Source: an uncultured Leptospirales bacterium
GTDB lineage: Bacteria > Spirochaetota > UBA4802 > JAFGJZ01
Length of the DNA: 42,434 bases
Assembly: GCA_964484915.1 (NCBI GenBank)
Contig: CAZAHA010000001.1
Span: forward strand, 1 to 42,434
Direction: 5' to 3'
Position 1 is the first letter of the stretch; every line of letters starts with the position of its first letter. The notes under the pieces were generated by a model. It made no database searches. It worked only from the letters and a program-made list of their open reading frames with translations, and was not told the DNA's origin. Below are positions 19,214 to 26,816 of this stretch, in pieces. Position numbers and translations under genes: made by a program.

Positions 19214-20382
19214 AACGTTTCACCAAACACAACTTTCATAAACAGATTCATATATTGTCCGGCAATCTCTTCCGAATAATATTTTTTTATGTCCTTTTTG
19301 TTATTCCGGGAACATCTGTTGTACAACGCCCGTTGTTTCATAAGGCGGTCAACTGATTCCGCACATTCATCGACGCTTCCAACATTGCAAAGCAGTGCAT
19401 TCTTCTCATGCTTTAACAGATCAAGCTGGCCGCCGTTATTCGTACAGACAATCGGAAGACCGAAATGCATGGCTTCCTGGAAAATTATTCCAAAACCCTC
19501 ATGAAGCGATGTCATGAGCATGAGATCGGCGTTTGCGAGGTAGTTGTACTTTTCATTATCATTAACATATCCGACAAGCGTTACCCTGTCGCCGGCATTT
19601 TGCTCCCTTATAACAGACTGCAGATACTGCCGTTCCGGACCCTCACCGATTATATACAGGTGAATCCTGTCGCTTTGTATTTCCGAAATTGTTCTGATCG
19701 CATCGTCAAACGCTTTCCGCTTCACGAGCCTTCCGATTGAAACAACAACAAATTCATGCTGCTTGATATGCATCTCATGTCTGCTTTTTTTTGCAAAATC
19801 GGGACGGGAAAACGCCAGCGGTATTATGTGGATATACCTGTTTATTTTGTAGTATTCCAGTGCATTGTTCTTCGTGTTTGTCGACTGCGCGATAATAAAA
19901 TCAGCCTGGTGGAGTATGCATTTTACGATTACCTTAAAAAGCACATTTCTGTGCGGAGAAAGCTTCTTTGATGGATCAAAAATATCTCCGCCGTGCAGCG
20001 ACAGAATATTCTTTGTTTTAAACAGCTTGCCAAGGATCATGCCAAGCGGTCCCGACGGCACGGCAAAATGAGTGTTGATAACCGTGTATTCATTCCGTTT
20101 CATCAGGGAGATTCCCTTCAAGAATCCGGAAACGAGGAACGATATCATGGATATAAATGTTGCCGTATCCCGGAAGCGCCGAAAGAATACCCGGCTCCTG
20201 TAGATCGACACGCCGTCCCGTTTTTCAAACATCGGAAGATCCTTGAACGATGAGGTCAGCACATGTACTTCCGAGTCCTTCGCCCATTCCCTGGCCAGGA
20301 TTTCAGACGAGATACCGCCTCCGCCGCCAAGCGGAGGATACTCATAATTGATCAAGAGGATACGACGTATAGTATGTGCCAT
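19210..20382 (-). CDS. Glycosyltransferase family 4 (GT-B fold)
   Basis: N-terminus YEYPPLGGGGGISS and the C-terminal E-x7-E region SLHEGFGIIFQEAMHFGLPIVCTNNGG. Confidence 0.85.
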   Translation of the reverse strand: MAHTIRRILLINYEYPPLGGGGGISSEILAREWAKDSEVHVLTSSFKDLPMFEKRDGVSIYRSRVFFRRFRDTATFISMISFLVSGFLKGISLMKRNEYTVINTHFAVPSGPLGMILGKLFKTKNILSLHGGDIFDPSKKLSPHRNVLFKVIVKCILHQADFIIAQSTNTKNNALEYYKINRYIHIIPLAFSRPDFAKKSRHEMHIKQHEFVVVSIGRLVKRKAFDDAIRTISEIQSDRIHLYIIGEGPERQYLQSVIREQNAGDRVTLVGYVNDNEKYNYLANADLMLMTSLHEGFGIIFQEAMHFGLPIVCTNNGGQLDLLKHEKNALLCNVGSVDECAESVDRLMKQRALYNRCSRNNKKDIKKYYSEEIAGQYMNLFMKVVFGETL

Positions 20383-20511
20383 AAATCCAGTCTTTCGCCA
20401 TCATTTGTGAGATTCTGTATCACCGAAATGCAGCTTTACAGTTTATTTTAGTGCAATACTATCCAGAAACATATATTTTTTGTCTATAAAACTATTAATT
20501 TCATGTGTTGC

Positions 20512-20523
20512 GAACAATTGTTC
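20512..20523. promoter_or_regulatory. Perfect 12-bp palindrome GAACAATTGTTC in a divergent promoter region (candidate operator)
   Basis: Read directly. It lies 36-47 nt upstream of the ATG at 20559, inside the 176-nt divergent intergenic region 20383-20558. Confidence 0.3.
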
Positions 20524-20558
20524 TTGAAAAGTGTTTATAACAGTATCAGTACATACCC

Positions 20559-21323
20559 ATGAGAGCAATAAGTGCCTTGGTGTTCATTCTGTTTCAATCA
20601 TCGTCCCTTTTTGCCCTGACGCGCTTCGAGGACCTTGACAAGAATCCTGTTGGAGCATACGGGGGGCAGGTCTTCTTTGGGGCATCGATCGGTCTTGGTA
20701 TACCTACCGGTTCCGCGATCGAAGCCGAAGATTCTTTCATTGACGGTACAACATATACCTTTACCGGACAGGAAACAACACGTACCGTCGTTGTCAGTCA
20801 TCTCAACTACTCGGTATCACTCTTCTCCGAATACATGTTCATTGACCACTTGGGCGCACGGCTTACTGTTGACCGGAACATGGTAATACAGCGGACTCAT
20901 TTTGGCAAGAACTACAAGAATGAAAGCTTTCCTTTATATCAGGACATCTCCCTGATGCTCGGACCGGCTTATCACGTGACCGTACGGGAACCGTGGGACG
21001 TCCTCATTAGTCCGCAGATAGGCGTTGCGTTTGCACAGTACACGCCGGCCCCCTGTGCCGATGAACTCTTTACCGGGTTCTCCCAACCGAAAACATTTGA
21101 TCAGACGATTTTTGTGTACGGTGCCGCACTTCATGGCGTGTATTACTTTAACAACGGCGTATTCATCTCGGCCGGTGTAACCTATACGCATATCGACCTG
21201 TCATACGACTCGTTTGATCGTACGACTCCCGAACCACAGCAGAACTTTAACGGCGGAAAGTCACGTTCAACGCTTGGCCTTTTCCGATTTCTTCTGTCAT
21301 CGGGATATGCTCTGTATAACTGA
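20559..21323 (+). CDS. Secreted protein, possibly an outer-membrane beta-barrel (254 aa)
   Basis: Signal peptide MRAISALVFILFQSSSLFA. Alternating hydrophobic and aromatic beta-strand-like segments (VFISAGVTYTHIDLSY, LGLFRFLLSSGYALYN). No family motif recognised. Confidence 0.5.
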   Translation: MRAISALVFILFQSSSLFALTRFEDLDKNPVGAYGGQVFFGASIGLGIPTGSAIEAEDSFIDGTTYTFTGQETTRTVVVSHLNYSVSLFSEYMFIDHLGARLTVDRNMVIQRTHFGKNYKNESFPLYQDISLMLGPAYHVTVREPWDVLISPQIGVAFAQYTPAPCADELFTGFSQPKTFDQTIFVYGAALHGVYYFNNGVFISAGVTYTHIDLSYDSFDRTTPEPQQNFNGGKSRSTLGLFRFLLSSGYALYN

Positions 21324-21333
21324 GGTAGAGAAC

Positions 21334-22254
21334 ATGATACGTCTGTACGCTTTTCTTCTGATTGCTGTACTCACTACCGTTATCCTGTTGCCGGATACTC
21401 CCGTGGTGGGGGAAACCGTCAACCGAAAGCTGAACAAGCTGCTTCGGGAAGAGATGGCTCCGGTAGCAGATATTTTGCCGCAGGAACGTATCTACCGCAG
21501 AAACGATATTCTTTACTGCAGCGGAGACAGTTTCGTCGCGACCGAGAATAACAATGCCGCCGTGTTGATGCAGTCTGGCAGCTACAGGGAAGCAATAGAT
21601 GTTCTTGAACAGGCACTCAAGAAAGCGCCGCTCTTTTATCCGCTTCTGTATAACCTCGGTAAATCATATGCTCATCTTTTGGACTTCAGGCTTGCCATTC
21701 ACTATCTGAAAAAAGCCCAGCACATCGTTCCGGAGTATTACCTTACCTATGTTGAAATGGGGCGGACATACGAAACTGCGGGTGAAGTCGAAGAGGCGAT
21801 CGAACTGTACAGGAACGCTTCACACCTTGATCCCAACCACCTCGACATCTATGTTCTGCTCGGCAACGCGTATCTGTCAATGAACCGCCGTACTCAAGCG
21901 CAGAAATACTATAATGCGGTACTTGACAGGGACCCCTACCATTCTAACGGCCTGCTCGGCAAAGCACGGCTTCAGTTTCTTGACAATAAGTATTACCGTG
22001 CGTACCAGACACTGCGGATCATCGATACCGAACGCGGAGAATACGACAAGGCATACCATTACTATTACGCAGAGAGCGCGTACAATATGCAGCGGTACGG
22101 CGAGGCGTATGAACAGTACGAAAAGCTGCTCGAATTTCAAGGCGACCGCTTCTTTCTGACAACGCCGATTCGGGTTATCGAACACAAGCGTGAGATGTCC
22201 AGGCGATTCTATGAGCAGGAAGTGCTGCAGCGGGAGCTTCAGGAAGGAAACTGA
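21334..22254 (+). CDS. TPR-repeat protein with N-terminal signal/anchor (306 aa)
   Basis: Start trimmed from 21214 to the ATG at 21334 (GAGGTAGAG upstream, 10 nt after the preceding stop). N-terminus MIRLYAFLLIAVLTTVILL. Several 34-aa TPR units follow (for example GSYREAIDVLEQALKKAP and AGEVEEAIELYRNASHLDPNH). Confidence 0.8.
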   Translation: MIRLYAFLLIAVLTTVILLPDTPVVGETVNRKLNKLLREEMAPVADILPQERIYRRNDILYCSGDSFVATENNNAAVLMQSGSYREAIDVLEQALKKAPLFYPLLYNLGKSYAHLLDFRLAIHYLKKAQHIVPEYYLTYVEMGRTYETAGEVEEAIELYRNASHLDPNHLDIYVLLGNAYLSMNRRTQAQKYYNAVLDRDPYHSNGLLGKARLQFLDNKYYRAYQTLRIIDTERGEYDKAYHYYYAESAYNMQRYGEAYEQYEKLLEFQGDRFFLTTPIRVIEHKREMSRRFYEQEVLQRELQEGN

Positions 22255-22259
22255 CGGCT

Positions 22260-22679
22260 CTACTCTCCGATGACCGAGACGCGTACTGACCGGCTCCGCG
22301 AACGGTTGTCATTGTTGATGAGGATTATCTGCTGCCACGTGCCGAGAAACACCCGGCCGTCATCCACAGGAGCCGTTATCTCACAGCCGAAGAGTGTAGT
22401 GCGCATATGAGAGAAACCATTATCGTCACCCCAGGTTTCCGAGTGACGGCTTCGTATTGAACTGGGTACCAGTTTTTCGAGAATGTCACGGACGTCCTCG
22501 ACAAGAGCCGGCTCGTATTCGACGACGGTTACCGTACTGGTGGATCCGATACCGAACACATTGACGATACCGTTGCGTATACGGGATTTCGATACGATAC
22601 GCTGCACTTGGTCGGTCATGTTTACTGCTGATGAAAATCCGTCAACTTGCAGTGTGAGAGTCTCTTTATACACTGCCAT
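22260..22679 (-). CDS. YjbQ/UPF0047 family protein (secondary thiamine-phosphate synthase-like)
   Basis: Family-typical blocks DNGFSHMRTTLFG and GRVFLGTWQQIILINND. Preferred start is the ATG at 22677-22679 (MAVYKETL). The alternative ATG at 22700 would overlap the STAS gene by 35 nt. Confidence 0.8.
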   Translation of the reverse strand: MAVYKETLTLQVDGFSSAVNMTDQVQRIVSKSRIRNGIVNVFGIGSTSTVTVVEYEPALVEDVRDILEKLVPSSIRSRHSETWGDDNGFSHMRTTLFGCEITAPVDDGRVFLGTWQQIILINNDNRSRSRSVRVSVIGE

Positions 22680-23016
22680 GAAAGTTCCTGAGTGCGTCAT
22701 CGACAGAGTTGTAGAGGTCTATGAATTTGTCGATGCCGGTAATCGAAAAGACGTTCATGATGTCGTCGTTTACGGATGATATCACGAGCGTTCCGCCTTT
22801 TTCTTCTGCGTTTCGCTTGATATTGACAAGAAGTCCTATCGCGGTTGAATCGATATACTTGATCTTGGAAAAATCAATGATGATCTTTTTTTGTCCATTC
22901 GACAGATACTCATCAAAGAATGAGGTATAATCGGCCAGATCAAAGACTTTCAAATCGCCGATTATTTCGATAATATCGACATCGTCCATGGTCCGTATAT
23001 TGTATTGAAAAGGCAT
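22666..23016 (-). CDS. STAS-domain protein (SpoIIAA/RsbV-like anti-sigma-factor antagonist), 116 aa
   Basis: IIIDFSKIKYIDSTAIGLLVN carries the conserved phospho-acceptor Ser context (DS-T/S). C-terminus VFSITGIDKFI is typical of STAS. ATG at 23014-23016 with AAAGGGG upstream. Confidence 0.85.
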   Translation of the reverse strand: MPFQYNIRTMDDVDIIEIIGDLKVFDLADYTSFFDEYLSNGQKKIIIDFSKIKYIDSTAIGLLVNIKRNAEEKGGTLVISSVNDDIMNVFSITGIDKFIDLYNSVDDALRNFHGSV

Positions 23017-23031
23017 ATTTCCCCTTTTATT

Positions 23032-23060
23032 AATACCGGCTGCGCGTAACAGCCGGTATT
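23032..23060 (-). terminator. Perfect 11-bp stem / 7-nt loop hairpin between the last AIM24 gene and the STAS gene (no U-tract)
   Basis: AATACCGGCTG-cgcgtaa-CAGCCGGTATT, read directly. On the minus strand it ends 15 nt before the STAS ATG, just 5' of its SD. The lack of a T-run makes it an attenuator, processing or stability element rather than a canonical intrinsic terminator. Confidence 0.35.
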
Positions 23061-23138
23061 GTGTGACACATCAGTTTTTCTGCAACAAGAGATTAATACT
23101 CGACAGTATTTGTAAGAAATCACCGATCGGTGAATTGA

Positions 23139-23813
23139 TCAACTCTTTTTTTCCACTCGTCTGAACTGGTTTGCCCAAGCAGAAAATGAATTCTGGTTTC
23201 GGGTCTGTATATAGAGCGCTCCGTTGCCGGAGAAACGGCAAACGAGTCCCTCTCCCGAAAGAAAGAGTGATTTTAATCCGCCGACTTTTTCTATATTATA
23301 CTGCAGTGACGGTTCGAAAGCAACGATATGTCCGGTATCAACGATGTAATCACCTGATACGTCTATCTTCTTTATCGCGCCGAAGCTCGAGAAAAAGAGC
23401 GTTCCGGTTCCGGACGCCTTCAGAAAGAATAGTCCCTCACCGCCGAAGAATCCCTTGAATCCGCCCCACTTACTGTCGATCTCGATCTCGGGACTGCCGC
23501 AGACATATGCTCCGGTAGACATGATCAGTTCATTACCTGAAAGTTCCACTACATCTATGTCTCCGGTTGTGCCTGACGTAAAAAATATCTCACCAGGACC
23601 GTCCGTAGCGGTAAACGTACTCTGGAAAAAGGATTCTCCGCCCAAAAGTGACCGCTTCGCCGCGCCGAAGAGACCGCCCTTCGCAGCAGCCTTGAGCTCA
23701 ATGTTTGCAGTCATCGATATCATGGCTCCGGCTTCTGATACAATCGATTCGTCCTTCTCCAGATTCACCTTTATGCAGGGAAAATCAGGCTTTCCCAGTA
23801 TTTCGTATTTCAT
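23139..23813 (-). CDS. AIM24/DUF124 (TIGR00266-type) family protein, paralog 3 (224 aa)
   Basis: Shares EAGAMISM, LLGGESFF, FFGGEGLFFLKASGTG, IVDTGHIVAF and SGEGLVCRFSGNG..YIQTR with the two upstream genes. TAGGAGG-N5-ATG context, 9 nt after the previous stop. Confidence 0.85.
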   Translation of the reverse strand: MKYEILGKPDFPCIKVNLEKDESIVSEAGAMISMTANIELKAAAKGGLFGAAKRSLLGGESFFQSTFTATDGPGEIFFTSGTTGDIDVVELSGNELIMSTGAYVCGSPEIEIDSKWGGFKGFFGGEGLFFLKASGTGTLFFSSFGAIKKIDVSGDYIVDTGHIVAFEPSLQYNIEKVGGLKSLFLSGEGLVCRFSGNGALYIQTRNQNSFSAWANQFRRVEKKS

Positions 23814-23822
23814 GCTATCCTC

Positions 23823-24500
23823 CTAACCCTTTCTCGGCGGCAGCATCTGTCCAAGCCAATCGCCGAATGACTTAACGTTTCTGCTCTGAATCCAGATACG
23901 GCCCTTGCCTGAAAATTCCATTATCAGGCCTTCTCCGGAGAAGAAGAAGGACTTCCAGCCGCCGAACTTCTTCACCTTATACGATAGTCCCTCGCTGAAG
24001 GCAACGATATGTCCCGTATCCACAATTATGGATCCGTCAACCGGAAGCTCCTCAATGCCGCCGTAACTCGACAGAAGAACATCACCGTTGCCGGTAAGCT
24101 TGAGAAAGAAGAGGGATTCTCCGGAAAAGAACCCCCTCATGCCCTGAAACTTCGTATCAAAATCAAGATCCTCTGGACCGGCAAGGAACGATGATGACTG
24201 TACGAACATTGATCCATTGAGTGTGACAGTGGCTATGTCTCCGGGGAGGGTCGGCGCGAGTGTGACTTCTCCCTTTCCGTTTTCCGCGGTAAATGTATTC
24301 ATCCAGAAAGACTCACCGCCAAGGACCGCCGCCTTGAGCGATTTCAGGATTCCGCCTTTTTTTGTGGCTTTATGTGTTTGTATGTTAACGTTAGACGACA
24401 TGCTCGCCATTGCTCCGCCTTCGGCCTTGATTTTTTCACCGGCTTCAAGCGAAACCTCAGCAAGCGCATATGACGGTTTATACTGAATATCAATTTTCAT
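23823..24500 (-). CDS. AIM24/DUF124 (TIGR00266-type) family protein, paralog 2 (225 aa)
   Basis: EGGAMASM, VLGGESFW, FFSGESLFFLKLTGNG, IVDTGHIVAF and SGEGLIMEFSGKG..WIQSR. TAGGAGG-N5-ATG context, 9 nt after the previous stop. Confidence 0.85.
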   Translation of the reverse strand: MKIDIQYKPSYALAEVSLEAGEKIKAEGGAMASMSSNVNIQTHKATKKGGILKSLKAAVLGGESFWMNTFTAENGKGEVTLAPTLPGDIATVTLNGSMFVQSSSFLAGPEDLDFDTKFQGMRGFFSGESLFFLKLTGNGDVLLSSYGGIEELPVDGSIIVDTGHIVAFSEGLSYKVKKFGGWKSFFFSGEGLIMEFSGKGRIWIQSRNVKSFGDWLGQMLPPRKG

Positions 24501-24509
24501 GATAACCTC

Positions 24510-25175
24510 CTAGTTTGGCAAGAGACGCGTTACCCAGTCGATGAACCCCCCCGGCACTCTCGACTGAATCCACAGCTTTCCTTTACCGGAAAACTCCATA
24601 ACCAGACCCTCACCTGAGGCCATCGTCGAGAACAGTCCTTTCGACGCCTTTTTAATCTTGTAGGCCAGAGAATCTTCAAAAGCGACAATATGCCCCGTAT
24701 CGACGATGTATGATCCATCCACCTCGATTGGCACTATCGCGCCGTACGATGTGTAGAAGAGATCGCCTGTGCCGCTTGCCTTCAGGAAAAATGCGCCTTC
24801 TCCGCTGAAAAACGACTTCAGTCCGCCGAACATTGCCTTTATCTCTACCTCTTCAGAGGAAGCGAGAAATGCACCGGCCTGCATGATCAGCGTTGTGTTC
24901 TCAAGCCGAACATGCGCCACATCACCGGCAAGATCAGTCGCAAGCCCCAATACCCCTTCTTTCTCCTGTGCACTGTACACATTGACGAAGAGGGACTCAC
25001 CACCCAGAAATTTTCCGGCAAGCGCCGAAAGAAATCCGCTCCCAAACTTGGTAACAACAGAAAAGTTTGGACTCATGTACACCATTGCTCCAGCCTCTGT
25101 TTTTATCTTTTCGCCCGGCTTCAATCGAAGCTCAACAAGCGAATAGGAGGGCTGATGTTTTAACGCAAAGTCCAT
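24510..25175 (-). CDS. AIM24/DUF124 (TIGR00266-type) family protein, paralog 1 (221 aa)
   Basis: EAGAMVYM, FLGGESLF, FFSGEGAFFLKASGTG, IVDTGHIVAF and SGEGLVMEFSGKG..WIQSR. ATG at 25173-25175 with AAGGGG upstream. Confidence 0.85.
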   Translation of the reverse strand: MDFALKHQPSYSLVELRLKPGEKIKTEAGAMVYMSPNFSVVTKFGSGFLSALAGKFLGGESLFVNVYSAQEKEGVLGLATDLAGDVAHVRLENTTLIMQAGAFLASSEEVEIKAMFGGLKSFFSGEGAFFLKASGTGDLFYTSYGAIVPIEVDGSYIVDTGHIVAFEDSLAYKIKKASKGLFSTMASGEGLVMEFSGKGKLWIQSRVPGGFIDWVTRLLPN

Positions 25176-25205
25176 CGCAGACCCCTTGTAGAATATTTTT
25201 TATGA

Positions 25206-25233
25206 AACATATTTGTAATACAATAAAAGTCAA
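25206..25233 (-). promoter_or_regulatory. Candidate sigma70-like promoter for the AIM24 array (TTGACT-N16-TATGTT)
   Basis: On the minus strand, TTGACT is the revcomp of 25228-25233 and TATGTT the revcomp of 25206-25211, with a 16-nt spacer. It sits about 31 nt upstream of the ATG at 25175, in the AT-rich 93-nt gap after the vWA-FHA gene. Sequence match only. Confidence 0.3.
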
Positions 25234-25268
25234 GTTGTATTTGGGGCCAGACAGGTGAGCGCAAATAT

Positions 25269-26738
25269 TTATACGGTTGACCCGCGGAAGATAAACGAAA
25301 CAGGTCCGATGGTGATCTCGTCCCAGTCAAAGAGCTGCCGCGGACGAAGGAGTTTTTTCCCGTTTAAAAAAGTTCCTTGAAGTGAGACGAGGTCGAATAG
25401 ATAGTACGATCCGTCCATATACTTTATACTGCAATGTCGGGGTGAGACGTCACTGTTCTTTACAACAAGGTGTGATTCCTGTGATGTACCGATAACGACC
25501 TCGTCCTTGGAAAGAGGAAACTTCTTTCGGCGCCCCCCGCTCTGCAGGATCAGCCATGCATTGGCATACATCTCATAATCCCTCTTCTCCGGCTGTCCCG
25601 CGGCTGTGTCCGCCGAATACATCCTGTCTGTCGATGCCGTAAAGAATTCATCATCAAAATCAGGCTCTTCGCTTGTACCGTATTTCTTCCTGTTTTTTTC
25701 CTTTCGTTTCTTATCCTTCCGTTCATACGGAATGTGCGACCGTCTGCGGACAAGGAAGACAAGACCGATACCGAGAAGAACGACAAATAGAATAAGCATG
25801 ATGATTAAAAGAATCTGCGTGTAATCAGGAAACTCTATCGTAAAGAATTCCTTTTCTACCATAAACTCCCTGATGTCCCTGTCACGGATCGATTCGTACT
25901 TCAGCCGTACTTCGAGACGGTGTGGCCTTCCGTCGGCCGTGGCCATGGAGACATATTTCACCAGATGCTGGCTCTTGATATTCTGGATGACTCGTTTGTA
26001 CGCAAGAACAAGGCTGTCGACCGTATCGATAAGGACTGTCTGTCCACCGGTCAGCTTTGCCATCCTGTTCATCGATTCGATATGCCGGGATCCGGACATC
26101 GTGATAACATACAGCGGAACACCTGACTCACGCGAAAGGTCGACAACATCGTCCATTGTTACACTGCTTCCTTCGTCCTTCCCGTCCGTAAAAATGACGA
26201 TAGCTTTTCGGCCGCTGTCAGCACGAGAGACCAGGTCGACCGAATCATAGATCGCGTTATACAGCATCGTCTTCGTACCGTTCCGCGACATCTCGCTTAG
26301 TGTCGAGACGAGTGCGTGTTTGTTGTCACTGAAATTTTTAACTATGACGACACGGTCATTAAAGCGGACCAGGGCGATCCGTTCTGACATGGACGAAGCC
26401 GTAACGATATCGACAGCTGACTTCTTCAGCTTCTTGAACGTATTTTCTGACAGACTCTTGCTCGAATCGATAGAGAAGACAAGATAGAGCGTATCGGTAC
26501 TGCGAGACTGACCGGCAACCTGCACATAGTTTACCCGGAAGCCGTCTTCATAGATAAGGATGTTGTCTTCGTCAAGGCCGCTAATCCAGTTTCCATCCGT
26601 GTCCCGTGCTGACACCAACAGGGAAACCCGCGGAAAGTCACTATCAGTATCGACGGAGTGAATCCTGATAAACGGTCCGCCTAACGCCTCACTGGCTGCG
26701 CACAGGACGAAGAGAATGAGTATCAGCGCTTTTTTCAT
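25269..26738 (-). CDS. Membrane protein with periplasmic vWA domain (intact MIDAS), single TM, basic linker and cytoplasmic FHA domain
   Basis: Signal peptide MKKALILILFVLCAAS. MIDAS DxSxS in FSIDSSKSL, plus NGTKT and IFTDGKDEG. TM segment ILLIIMLILFVVLLGIGLVFLV, then KDKKRKEKNRKK. FHA signature VVIGTSQESHLVV..VSPRHCSI..YYLFDLVSLQGTFLNG. The track start at 26747 is GTG, so the ATG at 26736-26738 is preferred. Confidence 0.85.
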   Translation of the reverse strand: MKKALILILFVLCAASEALGGPFIRIHSVDTDSDFPRVSLLVSARDTDGNWISGLDEDNILIYEDGFRVNYVQVAGQSRSTDTLYLVFSIDSSKSLSENTFKKLKKSAVDIVTASSMSERIALVRFNDRVVIVKNFSDNKHALVSTLSEMSRNGTKTMLYNAIYDSVDLVSRADSGRKAIVIFTDGKDEGSSVTMDDVVDLSRESGVPLYVITMSGSRHIESMNRMAKLTGGQTVLIDTVDSLVLAYKRVIQNIKSQHLVKYVSMATADGRPHRLEVRLKYESIRDRDIREFMVEKEFFTIEFPDYTQILLIIMLILFVVLLGIGLVFLVRRRSHIPYERKDKKRKEKNRKKYGTSEEPDFDDEFFTASTDRMYSADTAAGQPEKRDYEMYANAWLILQSGGRRKKFPLSKDEVVIGTSQESHLVVKNSDVSPRHCSIKYMDGSYYLFDLVSLQGTFLNGKKLLRPRQLFDWDEITIGPVSFIFRGSTV

Positions 26739-26816
26739 CAATGTCACTTTACACTTGGATATTCAGGTATACTATCGGACAAAATGAAAGCGGTGATGAG
26801 ACAAATTGGAAGAATA

